This document shows, piece by piece, positions 44,459-56,713 of a DNA stretch of 64,000 nt. The first letter of the stretch is position 1, and every line of letters begins with the position of its first letter. The stretch is from the NCBI GenBank assembly GCA_025558095.1, contig JAIVFI010000003.1, forward strand, positions 1,054,001 to 1,118,000, given 5' to 3'. Position numbers and translations under genes: made by a program. This DNA is from Hyaloraphidium curvatum SAG 235-1. Lineage: Eukaryota > Fungi > Monoblepharomycota. The notes below the pieces were generated by a model. It had not been told where the DNA came from. It worked only from the letters and a program-made list of their open reading frames with translations, and did no database searches.

Positions 44459-45385
44459 CGCGATGGTGCGTTGGGGGTTTGCGAGGGACGGCGAGGGATC
44501 GGGGTGGCGTTGACGAATCGGCGGGACGGCGGTGCGGTCGCCCAACGAGTCAAACGGGGGACCAGCAAAATTTCGCATGGTACGCGTCGCGCACTGCAGG
44601 ACATTCGAATGCGGTCCGGTATGAATCCTTGCGCGGCTGTAGCGAGGCCAGAGCCGCACGCACTCGTGAGCAGGGGTGCAACGGTCATGGCTGAACCGCT
44701 GTGGCAAGCCGCCTTGCCGATATCGGCGGGGGTTTCAAGCAGACCATCGATTACCTTGAGAACGAACAGTTTGCTTGGTAGATTCCAATCATGGGCCGCC
44801 CCTCCGATCTATCCAAAGGACGCCGGCTGTCGGGATCTGTGTCAGTGTGGCGGTCGGTACCCCGTGACTGGCGGTAAGCAGCCTCACCCCATACGAATGC
44901 GCGCATGTGACAGGCGCTGAGAAGCTCCCATGGTCAGAAGGTGCTATCATCGTGCCGCCCTTCCGTCGTCCATGAGGCTCGTCTTCCGGCGCCCTTCATG
45001 TCCGCGGCTAACTCCAAGCAGAGGAAGGCGGTCACAGCGCTCGATCTCAGCGACGCTTCCCAGCATCCCCAGCTGCCGCCTGGAGATTCTGGCCACCACG
45101 CGTATTTTATTGGGTGCTCCCCGACTCGGCCACGAAGGGCCAGGCCGCACGGATGGGGATTGAGAAGTGCCGGCGCGAGGAAGCTTCCGCCGGGGGACGC
45201 AGCTCCATGACAGGTGCCGGGAAAATCCGTTCAGCGGAAAAGTTGCTGCTTTGATGCTTGTCCCTTCGAGACAGAGCTTGGTTTCCGGCGCCTGTCAAAC
45301 CGCCTCGATAGCAGTGCGATCGAAAAGCGAGACGACGCGACGAGCCTGCGGCATAAACATCGAGGTCGTATTCACGCGTGCCTCG

Positions 45386-47506
45386 ATGCGGGCCTTTTGG
45401 GCCCTCCGAACGCCTCTCATCGGCTCACCGGCATCTCATCTGCGCGGGCTTTCCGCCCGATGGGCTGCAGCGGAGCCGCGGTCGCCGTTCTGGCCCGGAA
45501 TCGCGTCGGGGACCTGCGAACGCGGCGCGTCGCCTCTCTTGCGGTATTCCTCCCCCGCGACGCTCCTGCCGACGCGGTGCTTTTCGTCGGACGTTTTGCG
45601 AGGCGAGGATCCCCTAGGGCGGCTGCGGAAGGTCCTGCAGAGCGCAAGGAGCGGCCGCATCCCGCCCCGCGACGCCGCCGACAGGGTCTGGGAGGCCTAT
45701 ACCGCGCTCGGAAGCGCCCGCGGACTCGACAGCTACCTTGCCGCGGGTGTGGCACATCATTTGGCCGCCCATGCGGTCCAGGTGCAGGCCAGCCTCCGCG
45801 GGAAGGGCAAGGCCGGAAACCGGGACCGCGCCGAGGCATCGCTGGACCAGGCGGCGGAACGGATGGCTCGTCTTTTCACGGATGTCACCGAAGCTGGCAT
45901 TGCCATTTCGCCGTTCGCCGTGACCAGATTCGTCCAGCTGAATGATCGCCACCTGGGGTGACTCGCGAGCGGCTGGGCACCTTGGAGCGAGGAGCTCTGA
46001 CGTTCCGTGACCGCAGGTCGTACGCGGAATGCCGGAATGTGGTCGACTTTCTGCGGTTGAGATGCCGCGTCACGCTGACCCAGCGCACGTTGAGCGCGTC
46101 GCTGCGCAACGTTGCGCACCGCGGCAACTACACCGCGTTCCTCCGGCTCCTGTACGAGGAGCTGACGGCCAGCCCCGGCATCTCCATCGACGCGTTCATA
46201 ATCAACCTTTTTCTCAAGGCTGTCGTCGAGGCGTCGCCATTGACTTAAGAAGACCTGGCAGGGTATCCACGCCGACAGACCTGTGTGGCGGACCTCGCAA
46301 TCCCGCTGTGGGCTCTGACCAAGGACCAGCCCATCGTCCGGACTAGGAGCCTTGATCCTCGCGATCTGTATGCTTCGGAGCTGGCTCCAGACCCGGCTTC
46401 GTCTCTTCGGGAAGCAATCATGAGCGACCCGATCCACGACACCGGTGCGGAAAATCGTGCAGCTTCTGTCGCTCGCGGCCGCTGGCTTTCGGCAGGGTCG
46501 GGAGGACGTGCTGAACGACCGCGTCGTCACGGTGGCTGTCGAAGCCTTCTGCGCTTGGAAGCATCCCAGGTGCGTCCTGGCCACCTCGGAACTGTTGGCA
46601 ACGCCGCCGTTTCCGATTGCACCCCGTCCCGCGACATTCAACGTCTTGCTTGCCGATGCGTGCGATCGCCGGGACGCTGTTTCGGGCGAGGCGATCCTCG
46701 AGTGCATTCGGCAGGTGGGCTTGAAGCCGGATCTGGAGTTGTTCAATACCATGATCCTTTTCTACGGGCGCACGGGGAGGCTCAAGCTTGCAAAGGAGAC
46801 CCTGAAGGAGATGGTCACCGCAGGCTATAAGCCCAGCCCGCTGACCGGGATGGCGGTGCTGGAGGGCATCCTCGGGCCGAAGGCGGAGGACGTGGAGCGC
46901 GCAATGGACGTGCTCCTATCGGTGGGTATCGAGGTGTACGTGCAGCACTGGACGAAAGCTCTGCGCTGTTTTGCACAGCAACAGGATTTGTCGGGACTCA
47001 TGCGGGTTTACGGGGCGATGACGGTGCCGCCGGATCGCGTAACAGTGTCGTTGATGGCAAAAGCGCTCGCCGATCTTGGGGGTGCGAGACAGATGACCGA
47101 CTTCCTGAAGAGCGTTCCGCCGCATTTGATTGGGACATCGGAAACGTGGAGCGCCGCCATCACATCATTTACCAGGGAGTGGGCGTCTTCCGGGGACTTC
47201 GTTTTTCGGGACACCGCCTTCGCCCTGTCATGTGCGGTGCTGGACCACACACAACTCACCACGGAATCCCTGCCGGCAGCGTTCCGCGAGCTACCTTTCG
47301 TGGACATGCACCCGCCCGTCCCCGCACCGGGGCTCATCCTGGTCATTTTTGTGCTTGCCACGCGGCTTCGCGGGGAGCAGCTGGGAATCATCACGGACAA
47401 GGGGAGGGCGTACCTGCGACGGAATGGACACGCGGTGCCGGACGATGCGGAAGCACGAACGATGCTCGCGAGGCTTCAGCGGTTAGCAGGGATGCGCGCG
47501 GGATGA
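45386..47506 (+). pseudogene. PPR-like mitochondrial protein, copy 1, disrupted
   Basis: Presequence-like MRAFWALR; PPR-like units (TFNVLLADAC, KPDLELFNTMILFYGRTG, HWTKALRCFAQQQD, TWSAAITSF). In-frame TAA at 46246-46248 and a frameshifting deletion near 46440 relative to the paralogues. Confidence 0.75.
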
Positions 47507-48640
47507 GACGCCGAGCGACCCTGAACGAACGGCCTCTAGATCTTCGGCCGCCACAAAATGATCATGCCCTTGCACTGCAATGTAGCCACCCGAATTCATC
47601 GAGGAATAAGCACATCGATCCGCTCGGTGCCCTCATCACGGGCAAGGGCGGAGACTTCCTCGTCCGCATGGGCACATCGTTCCGGACTGTGCGGAAGACA
47701 TGGTAACGATGCTTAGGCAGTCGGGCAGGCCGGGCACGAGGATCCTGGGCGTCTCAGACGGAGGCGGGAGCACGGCCGAACCTGATTCCTATAGTACGGA
47801 CCGGGCGGACCTCGGGCCGTCAATTGAGGCATGCAACAGGGCCTGGCGCCGGGAGGGAAGGCCACGAGTAGAGGGCTGGAGGGCAGAGAAGCTGTTCGAC
47901 ATTCCGTAGAAGGGCTGAGCGGTGGAAAACGGGCCGATCGGTCGCCTCTTTGCCACTTGTGGCATTAGATCATGTTTGGATGCGATGTCCTCGATGACCT
48001 GCATAGTCGTCCTATTGGTGGCCCACTAAGACCCCCGGCCTTATCGTCTGCTTTCCGTCAGCGGCTTAGCGCTTTGCCACGGGCCCCCAAGGTCCCCTGC
48101 GCGGGGGATCTGGCGCGGGGGTCCGTTTGCGAGTGGGACCCCTGCGCTTGGCGGGCACGCTAAACCGCCAAACACTGTCCCCGCGCACGCACACTCCGCC
48201 GGCCGGACCGGGCCACGGGACGACCGGGGTTTGCTTGCGTGTGCTGTGAAAACCCGGTGCACGGAGTTCCTCGACACCGGTGTGGCCGTCGGTCGTCCGG
48301 GGAGGCCGGGGAGGTGACTCGGGCCGCGCACGGCGGAGTTGGCCTGCGAGCCCAGACGCCGGCCGGACCGACGCCGGACGGCGCAGATACCTTTTTGAGT
48401 GCATGTTAGCCCGTTGCGGGCCACGGCGGTGCGGCTGGACGGCAGCGGACCGCGGGTGACTGGGTGTCCCACAACAACGGACAACAAGGACAACGCGCCT
48501 GGTCAGGCACGGCTACGAGGACTTGGGAGCTCTCTCTAGCGACTTGGACTGGCCTCTGTTTTTTTTTTGGAGGAGCCTGAGAAGCCGGCCTGCGGCTCGC
48601 AGCCACTCCTGGCATAGCCCCATCCTCAGCAACTTCCGAC

Positions 48641-50525
48641 ATGGACGGCAACCCCGGCCCGGGCGTGCCGGGGCGTACACCCTCCCCACTACCCATGCCA
48701 CTCTCTCTCTCCGCCCCCACGCCTTTGCTGCCCGGCGGCCGGCTCTTCAATGAGCCCGGCCCGGCCGAGCAGCGGGTGCCCTCCCCGGAGCGGCGCCTGC
48801 TCCTGGAGAAGGACCGCGGCTCGCCTTCCCCCGAGCGGGTCCCCGTGCACCGCGACTCCGCGGCCTCGGATGGCTCGTTGCTGGACGACGCTGACGAGCT
48901 GATGGCCGAGGCCGCGGCGGCGGTGCAGCCGGCCAGCGCAGACCAGGTCGCCGCCTTCCTCGCCCGCGCGGAGGGCCTCGTAATCGGCATGGCCGGCCTG
49001 AAGCTGGAATCGGAACCTCCTTTGCCGTCGCCGCTGGACGGTGCCACGGCGGACTCGCTGCTCGTCCTGGACGTGCGCCCGCGGGACGCCTTTGCCCGCC
49101 AAAGGTTGGCCGGGAGCGTCTCGGTGGCCCTGCCGCCCCTGTTTTCGCGGCGCATCCGGCGCAATCCCCGCGCGACCAAGTTTGCACTCGACAGCTTCGT
49201 CTCGCCCGAGGACAGGGACGTGCTTGACGCCTGGCGCGAGCGAGTCCGGGAGGGCTGCCTTGGCCAGCCGACCGTGCTGCTCGTCGACGAGGACATGTCG
49301 TCGCCCAGCCTCGAATGCGACGGCTGGACGCTGGCGCTGCTCCTGCAGCGCAACATGCGCGGCTCGACGCCGCTGCCGAGGCTGCCTATCTCGAGGGTGT
49401 CGTCGCTGAGCCCCGAGAGGAGCTCTACGGGAGGCAGCGTCGACGGGCCTCCCCGGGTTGAAATCACCCGCGCAGACACCACCACTTCCCCTCTCCGCTT
49501 TGTCTTCCTGAATCCCGGCTTCGAGGCAATCCTCGCGCACCCTCTGGCCTCGGCCATCCTCTCGCCAACCGACGAAGACTACGTCGAGGAGGAACCCCCG
49601 ACGCCCCTCTCCTCCACCACCCTCCCAGCCACTCCGGGCCCCGCAGGCGATGGCCTGGAGCGCTCCAGCTCCTTCTCCGGCCGCCGCGGCGGCTCCTCGC
49701 TCACCATCAACACCGACGGCCCCCGCGCGCGGCGCTCCCGCTCCCTCCGCAGCCGCCCTCGCGACTCCCCCGCCACCCTCCGCGGCTCGGGCGAGCTCAC
49801 CACCCTCGGCTCGCGGGACCTCACCCCCGCCGGCCACGCCTCCTCCTCCCGCGGGAACACGCCCCTCAAGCCCCCGCCGTCGGACTCGCTCCCCAACTCC
49901 CCCGGCTCCGCCGCCCGCTCCGCATCCGGCTCCCCCTCCCCCGGCTCCCCTCCCCCGCCCTACACCCGCATCCGCGAGCGGCTGTACCTCGGCACCGACG
50001 AGCCGTGCGCGCCCGCGGGCTGGGGCATGCTGGCCGAGATGCGCGCGACGCACGTGCTCAACGTCGCCGTGGAGGTGGACGACGTCTTGCCGCCCGGGAC
50101 GGTGGGGAGGAAGGTGGGGGTGCCGGATTCGGCGGGGGTGGATTGCGGGAGGGAGCTGCGCGACGGGGTCGCGTGGATCGGTACGTTCGCCGGGGTGCTG
50201 CTTCCGGTACCTGTCTGACCCCACAATGGCAGAGCGAGTGCTCCGAGACCCGGACGCCGTGGTCTACCTGCACTGCGCCCGCGGCATCTCCCGCTCCGCG
50301 GCCTTCGCCATCGGCGCGCTGATGCTTCTCTCCCGCGTCCCGCTGTCGGAAGCCTACGCCGAGGTGCGCGCGCGCAGGAGGGTTATGCCCAATCTCGGCT
50401 TGGTGCTGGCGCTGGGCGAGTGGGAGCGCGAGCTGGGGCTCGGGGACGGGATCGGGGGGAAGGCGGGGCTGGGTGGGCTGCTGCGCGAGGGCGGCGAGCG
50501 GGGGCAGGGATGGACGGACGCGTGA
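48641..50525 (+). CDS. Rhodanese-domain dual-specificity (MAPK-type) phosphatase, 2 exons
   Basis: LLVLDVRPRDAFARQRLAGSVSV (rhodanese), YTRIRERLYLG, THVLNVAVE, VYLHCARGISRS (HCxxGxSRS), VMPNLGLVLAL. Confidence 0.88.
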
Positions 50526-50700
50526 TGCTGTACATTCGACGTGTGGCGCGGGGAAGTGAAGAGAAGTTGTGGAGAGTCGACGTTGGTTCGGGCCGATTGC
50601 GAAAAGCCTTCCAACCTTGTCCATTACCCCGTGCATCCCGTGCATCCTTGTAAGCTACACCCGCGTTCCACCATCCATGACGATCCATTTGTAGTATCCC

Positions 50701-53271
50701 TCAACTGCCTTCGCCCGCCAACCTGGGCCCGATGATCGCCGCCAGCGTAACCGGAGGCCCAGGCGGAGGCACGGCGTCCAGCTCCGGGTCGTAGGGCGCC
50801 AGCATCGACCTTGCCCTGTACTCGTCCTTTGTCCACGTGTCGTGCACGGACACGCGGTCCGCGAACCGCACGCGGCGGGGCCCCTCGTGGCCCAGCGCCC
50901 CGGGGTTGGATCCCGCGGTGGTCGAACGCACGAGCCTGGGCGCCGGCATGCCCAGCGCCTCGTCCTCGTCCTCGTCCGCCTCGTCGTCGCCCGACATGCC
51001 GCCGGCGCCCTCGGCGGCGCAGATCCAGCACCGCCCCTCGCGCGGGCCCGCGAACCCGGCCGCCGTGTGCGGGCACCGCGCCGCGACCTCCCTCGCCAGC
51101 CGCAGGATGCCCATCTCGCGGCCCGTCAGCGCGCGCACCTCGCCGTCCAGCATGCCCTGCAGCAGCAGCCTGGCGCCTTGCTGCGCCGGCCGCCCCGCCG
51201 CGGCCAGCAGCTCCAGGCACGCCTCGACGTCGCGCACCACCGACCCGTGCAGGTCCGCGGCCCGCGCCTGCTGCGCGTGCGTCGACGCCGCCGCCAGCCG
51301 CGCGAACCGCCGCAGCGTGAGCAGGTGCAGCCACGCGGCCTGCGTGGCGGCGTAGCACGCGATCGGCGCGAAGATGTTGCCGCCGATGCCGGCGGCGCCG
51401 AACCGCGCGACGGATGCGCGGCTGGACCGGGAGATGATCATGGCGTTGCGCGTGGCGGCCGCGAAGGAGGGTGAGAGGAACCACAGCTCGAGCAGCGGGT
51501 CCTCGCCGTCGCGGTCCTCGGCGTGGTCGAGCTCCAAGATCGACGAGTCGGCCGAGCTCGCCGACAGGTCCGAGGCGTCGTCGGACCCGTCCGCACCGGA
51601 TTCGCCCACGTTCTCGTCCGACGGCGCGCGCGTCGCGGGCACCGCCATCCCGGTCAGGCCCAGCGGGAAGGTGCGCACGCCCCCCGGCGTGGGATGCGCC
51701 ACGGCCGCCGCTGTGCCCCGCCGGCCCCCGCCGCCGCCCTTCCTGGCCCGTCGGCGCCCCGAGGCGTCCAGCTCCTCGAACGGCTCGGGGCTCACGAGCA
51801 CCATCAGCATCTGCCGCAGGTGCGCCAGGTACCCGACGAGGAGGAACGCCCGGCGCTGGGGCATGTACGAGACCTCGGCCAGCAGCGCGTCAAAGTCGGC
51901 CTCGCCGTAGGCCGTGGCGATGCGGTCCGGCAGCGCGGCCAGGATCGCGTCCACGGCGTCCTGCAGAAACTGCCGGCGGCGGATGGCCTCGTGTATGACC
52001 TGGTTGCGCAGCAGCCGCTCGGCGTAGCGCGCCGCGGCGCCGCCCAACGGCCTGTCCTCGGGCGCGCGGCCGAGCAGCTCGCCGGCGATGAGCACGTCCA
52101 GCACGCTCAGGTTGGCCGCCTCGCGGAGCCACGAATTGTACTCGGCGATCTTGGCCGCGGCGAAGCTGAGGATGGCGCCGAGGTAGATGATGCCCACGCG
52201 GTGCAGGTCCGTGACCACGGCGGCGAGCACCTCGCCGCGTGCCGCCACGGCATCGGGGGCGGCCATGGGGTCCAACCAGCCGAGATACTGCCTGCACTGG
52301 AAAGCGGGGTAGGCTAGTAACTCGGGCGGGATGGGGCCATTGGGGGGCCGCTCCGAGGCCGCGGGCAGTGCGGCCAGGGCGTGGGCGGGGATGCGGATGA
52401 CGACGGAGCCAAAGTCCTGCAGGACGTCCACGGCCGGGGGCTGGCGCGTGGCGGCTGCGGTCCAGAACTCCTGGATGAGGGGGATGAAGAAGCTGGCCGC
52501 CCAGTGCTGGCCAAAGAGTAGGTCGTCCAGGCCCCAGGTGGCGCCCGGGGGCGGGCGCGTCGGGGGGATGCCGGCGCGCTTCCAGATGGCCACCAGCTGG
52601 CGGCTGAGCGATTTTGCGGTGGCCATGCGGGCCAGCTGCAGGTCGGCGATGGTGATGGCCAGCACGATCGAGTAGGACAGGGCGAGGAAGTCGAGCGAGT
52701 GCAGCGCGGCGGGGTCGGCGCCGGCGTCGACCGCGTCGGCGGCGAGCCAGAAGCGGCCGACGAGCCCCCGCAGCTGCGTCTCGTACTCGACCTGCATGCT
52801 GTCGGCCAGCTCCCGCAGCGGGCGGCCGGCGGCGCAGAACGAGGCGTCCTCGGGGTCGGCGCCGCGGTCCAGCAGGATGCACGCGCCGCCCCAGAAGAAC
52901 ACCGACACCATGACGTCGGAGCCGTAGAAAGTCAGCCAGCGTGGGTCGCCGGGAAAATTGCCCCGGGCGTCCTCCATATAGTTGGTGGCCGTGGCGTTGG
53001 AGTCCGTCGAGCCGAGCGAGGACAGCGGCGTGGGGCCGCCCGGGGGCGGCCATCCCCCGGTGGCCGCCGCCCTCCTCGCTCTCAGCACGTCCAAGAAGGT
53101 GCCGCGCTGGAACGGCGACCAGCCGGTGGGGATGGCGTCGTAGACGGCGCGCACGAGCGCGTCTTCGGCGGCGGGCGTCGGGCGGCAGCCGGGCTGTTCC
53201 GGGCCGGGCTCCCCCGCGCCGCCGCCCTTCCGGTCCGCGGTCGCCATGAGGCGGGCGGGCCGTGCGGGCAT
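50701..53271 (-). CDS. Large intronless hypothetical helical protein with a C-terminal PP1-docking-like motif
   Basis: About 850-aa ORF with protein-like composition; ends ...RRVRFADRVSVHDTWTKDEYRARSM. Start is uncertain (53271 or 53247). Confidence 0.65.
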   Translation of the reverse strand: MPARPARLMATADRKGGGAGEPGPEQPGCRPTPAAEDALVRAVYDAIPTGWSPFQRGTFLDVLRARRAAATGGWPPPGGPTPLSSLGSTDSNATATNYMEDARGNFPGDPRWLTFYGSDVMVSVFFWGGACILLDRGADPEDASFCAAGRPLRELADSMQVEYETQLRGLVGRFWLAADAVDAGADPAALHSLDFLALSYSIVLAITIADLQLARMATAKSLSRQLVAIWKRAGIPPTRPPPGATWGLDDLLFGQHWAASFFIPLIQEFWTAAATRQPPAVDVLQDFGSVVIRIPAHALAALPAASERPPNGPIPPELLAYPAFQCRQYLGWLDPMAAPDAVAARGEVLAAVVTDLHRVGIIYLGAILSFAAAKIAEYNSWLREAANLSVLDVLIAGELLGRAPEDRPLGGAAARYAERLLRNQVIHEAIRRRQFLQDAVDAILAALPDRIATAYGEADFDALLAEVSYMPQRRAFLLVGYLAHLRQMLMVLVSPEPFEELDASGRRRARKGGGGGRRGTAAAVAHPTPGGVRTFPLGLTGMAVPATRAPSDENVGESGADGSDDASDLSASSADSSILELDHAEDRDGEDPLLELWFLSPSFAAATRNAMIISRSSRASVARFGAAGIGGNIFAPIACYAATQAAWLHLLTLRRFARLAAASTHAQQARAADLHGSVVRDVEACLELLAAAGRPAQQGARLLLQGMLDGEVRALTGREMGILRLAREVAARCPHTAAGFAGPREGRCWICAAEGAGGMSGDDEADEDEDEALGMPAPRLVRSTTAGSNPGALGHEGPRRVRFADRVSVHDTWTKDEYRARSMLAPYDPELDAVPPPGPPVTLAAIIGPRLAGEGS

Positions 53272-54076
53272 GTGGGACGCTGCGGAAATTTGCTTGCAAG
53301 CTGGCCGGCGGGGGGGCGGACCTGACGTGTCTTTGATTCTGGAACCCCGCCGCCGACCCGCCGCCGCCCCAAACAGCGGGATGCAACGCGCATCCTGGTC
53401 ACGGGAAACCACGCCGGCCTCAGCCGATAGCATTTTGGTGTCAAGGAGCTTCCTATGCTGAATTCTGGTGGTCCGCCGTGCATCTTCCGCGACCCCATTG
53501 GCCACCCACCGGCTTTGGCTCAACGACTTGGGACGCCTCGAAATCCGCCGTAGGGTTTCGCCAGAGCTCCGGGTTCTGGAGCGAAAACCCGAACAGCCGC
53601 TCCTCCCCACCGGCGCATCCCTCGGGACGCGGCGGCCCGACCTGCCGCCTCGAAAACGGCCGCGCGGAACAAGGCGGCCGGGCCGGTTTCGGCGTCATGG
53701 CTGGGCGTCAGCGGGATGCCCCGGAACCGATTTCCCCCTCGGACCCCCGACCGCCGCTCCGCCGGCGGCATGTGACGCCGCCAAGGGCCCGCTCTCCTTC
53801 CCCGGACGGCAATCGGACGGGCCGGCGCGGGGACGGGCGGTGTGTCCGCGGGAATCGGGAGCGGCCGGGTCCGCGGCCTGGGCGGGCGGGGTTGCGACGG
53901 CCGCCGTGCGGCACTGCGGCATTTCGGAATCCGGGCAGGCCCGGGCCCCGCACTTGAGGCAAGGATGGCATCGCCGCGGCACGATGTCCCTTATTCTAGC
54001 TCGCGGCGCAACCGCGCGCCCCATCCGCCTCCCCGACAAATCAAGCACGCGACGCCGGCGCCACCCATCCTCCACG

Positions 54077-55988
54077 CTAGACCTTGACCACCTCGCACTC
54101 GAGCCCCTCCCGCAGGCCCAGCGTCAGCCCGAGGATGTACCTGCCCTCCTTGGTCTCGGGCAGCGAGTACTTTCCCGGGCGGTCCTCGTGCACCACGCGC
54201 AGGGAGAAGCGCCGCAGGACGGCGGCGAGGAAGACGACGGCCTCCTGGGTGGCCACTGCGGGCGGCGGGGAGCGGGTCAGGCGAACGAGGGGAGCGCGGC
54301 GGGCGGGGGAGCGCACTGTTCATGCCCAGGCAGATCCGCGGCCCCGCGTTGAAGACCGGCCACTTGAACTGGTTCTCCTTGACCAGCTGTCCCTTGTCGT
54401 CGAACCACCTCTCGGGCCTGAACACCTTGGCGTCGGGGCCCCAGATCCGCTCCAGGTACCCCATCGCGAACGACGAGACCTGCATGAAGTCGCCCTTGTA
54501 CACCCGCGTGCCGGTGCCGGGGAGCACGCAGTCCTCGGTGACCACGCGGTTCTGCACGGGGACGTTGGCGTGCAGGCGGAGGGTCTCTGCATGGCGACAC
54601 CGGGCAAGGTCAGCACGTTCCCGCGAACCCACAGCCGCAGATAGAGACGAACCGTTGAACACCGCGGTGGCGTACTTCATGTCGCGCGTGTGCTCGTACG
54701 TGATCTCGCCGTCGCGCCCGCACACGGCCAGGATCTCCTCGCGGAGCTTGCGCTCCACCTCGGGGTTGCGCGAGAGCTCCCAGAAGGTCCAGGTGAGGGT
54801 CTGCGCGGTGGTGTCGCGGCCGGCGAGGACTTGGGAGGAAGAAAGTCAGGGTCGGCTCGGTGGAAGGGGTGGGGGGCGCGGCGGCGGTCCGGCATCGGCA
54901 ACCCACCCATGTTGACGACGACGTCGCGCAGGAAGTCGTCCGAGAACTCGTTTCCGTTGTCGTCACGAAGGTTCATGAAGAGGTCCACCTTCGTTTGTTC
55001 CGTTAGAGCCTCGGGCACGAACGGCAGCGGCTTCGACCCACCATGTCGCTCTCCTTCCCGCTCTTGTTCCCCTCCTTGCGCTTCTTGGCGATCACCTCCC
55101 TCGCGAACCTGTCCAGCCCCCCCACGGCGGCCTTGTACCTTTCCCTCGTCCCGTCGCGCGCCTCGGTCGTCTGCCAGAACGGGTTCTGCCCGCGCGAGGC
55201 AGTTATGTGCGTCGCCTCGTCCAGCGCGTCCGCGAACGGGACCGAGGGCAGGTGGTACCGCCTGTACTTGTTACCGCGGGCGTCGACGGCTTCCTCGACC
55301 GTGTGGGGCACCTCGAGCGCGCCGATGTCCTTGCCCAGGGCGACCTGCGCGAACGTGTCGGCGGTCGAGAGGAGCAGGATCTCCTGCATGTCCACGACCA
55401 GGCCCAGATCGGCGGCGCGCGCGAGGTGCGTGACGATGTGGTCCGCGTCGCGGGTGAAGACGGGGGAAAAGACCTCGCGGAAGTTGCGGGCGTTGAAGAT
55501 GTTGCTGGCCGTCTTCCTCTGCCCCTTCCACTGGTCGCCGTCCGAGGCGAAGATGCCGTGGCCGAGGAACTCGCGCGTGGTGGCCTGCACGCCAGGGCCC
55601 TTGATGAAGCGCCACGGGTCGCGGTACACGAACTCTGAACGGGGGGATGTCGATCAGAGTTCCTCGTGGTTGCGGCCTCCACAGGCAACCCACCGACGTC
55701 CTGCACGTTGGTCAAAAAGTAAATCTCCATGACCCCGTTGATGGGCGAGTAGAAGGTCGACCTGACGACCTCCCCGAACCGCTCTGCGACCTCCACGGCG
55801 CGCTCCAGCCTGCGGCCGACGAACCTGCGCAGCGCCAGCTGGTGCCCGATCAGCGGCCACGCGCCGTCGGCCACGGGCACGTCCCTGCGCACGCGCGAGC
55901 CGAGCACGGTGTTGGGGTACAGGTAGAGCAGCACGGCCAGCGCGGCCAGGGGGACGAGGAGCCAGGGGGAGAGCAGCAGGCCCAGCAT
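54077..55988 (-). CDS. Cytochrome P450 (fatty-acid/alkane hydroxylase-like, CYP52/86/704-like), multi-exon
   Basis: N-terminal TM, GHGIFASDGDQWKGQRK, AGRDTTAQTL (I helix), ETLRL (ExxR), FRPERW, FNAGPRICLG (heme Cys). Confidence 0.93.
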
Positions 55989-56713
55989 GGCTGCGGGGGG
56001 CGGACTCGCTGAATTGACGATCGGAGTTGCTTCGGCGAGCTCCGTAGGCTGACCGAGGGCGGTTTAAGGGCGGAAACGGCGATCGGAGGTGAGGCCGCGG
56101 TCGGCGGATCCGGTTGCCCCGCGGTGCCCACCTCGCGTTTGCGCGGCCGCCGCGGGCGGAACAAGCGCGCGGTGCTGAGAGGTCTGCGGCGCGACGGCCG
56201 CCGGGGAGGTCGCGGGGGAAGCGCGGCCGTCGGGGAGCGGGGCGCGGGAGCGGAGGGCGGGAGAAGGCCGACGCACTCACTCGCCCTCGGCAGCTGCCGA
56301 GCGCAAGGGCCCTCGGCACTGCACTGCGTCCCGCGGCCCGCACGGGGGAAAAAACAGGTCGGCGGATGAACCGAGTTGCGGAAGAAGTGCCGCGAATATG
56401 GCCGTTTGTTCCGGTAGCTGCCGCCGAGTCTGTTGGATGGGACGCAGCTAGCGGGCAGGGATTGGGGGACCCCGCCCGCCTCACTCCCATCCCCAGGGAC
56501 CTCCGACGCGGGGACTCGAACGAACCCGACGTCCCTGACCAATGTATCATTCCCAGGGCACTGCCAGTACATCTGGCGGCGCTTGGCGGCAACTCCCGCG
56601 TACCAGAGACGACCGACCAGTCCCGCCACTTAGCGACGCTCCGCTCCCCGATGTCCACCTCATCCATGGCACACCTCCGGGCATCAGACTCCATGAATAG
56701 CCCCCCCAGTCCA

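Noticed and set aside
21184-46248. Possible stop-codon reassignment suggested by in-frame stops in several genes
   Set aside because: The interrupting stops are of all three kinds (TGA twice, TAG, TAA), occur only in repeated-family copies, and all three codons terminate conserved genes here. This fits pseudogenisation.
47510-47910. Short protein-like frame ending ...EGWRAEKLFDIP
   Set aside because: No start context or recognisable motif, and an upstream in-frame stop; at most a gene remnant.
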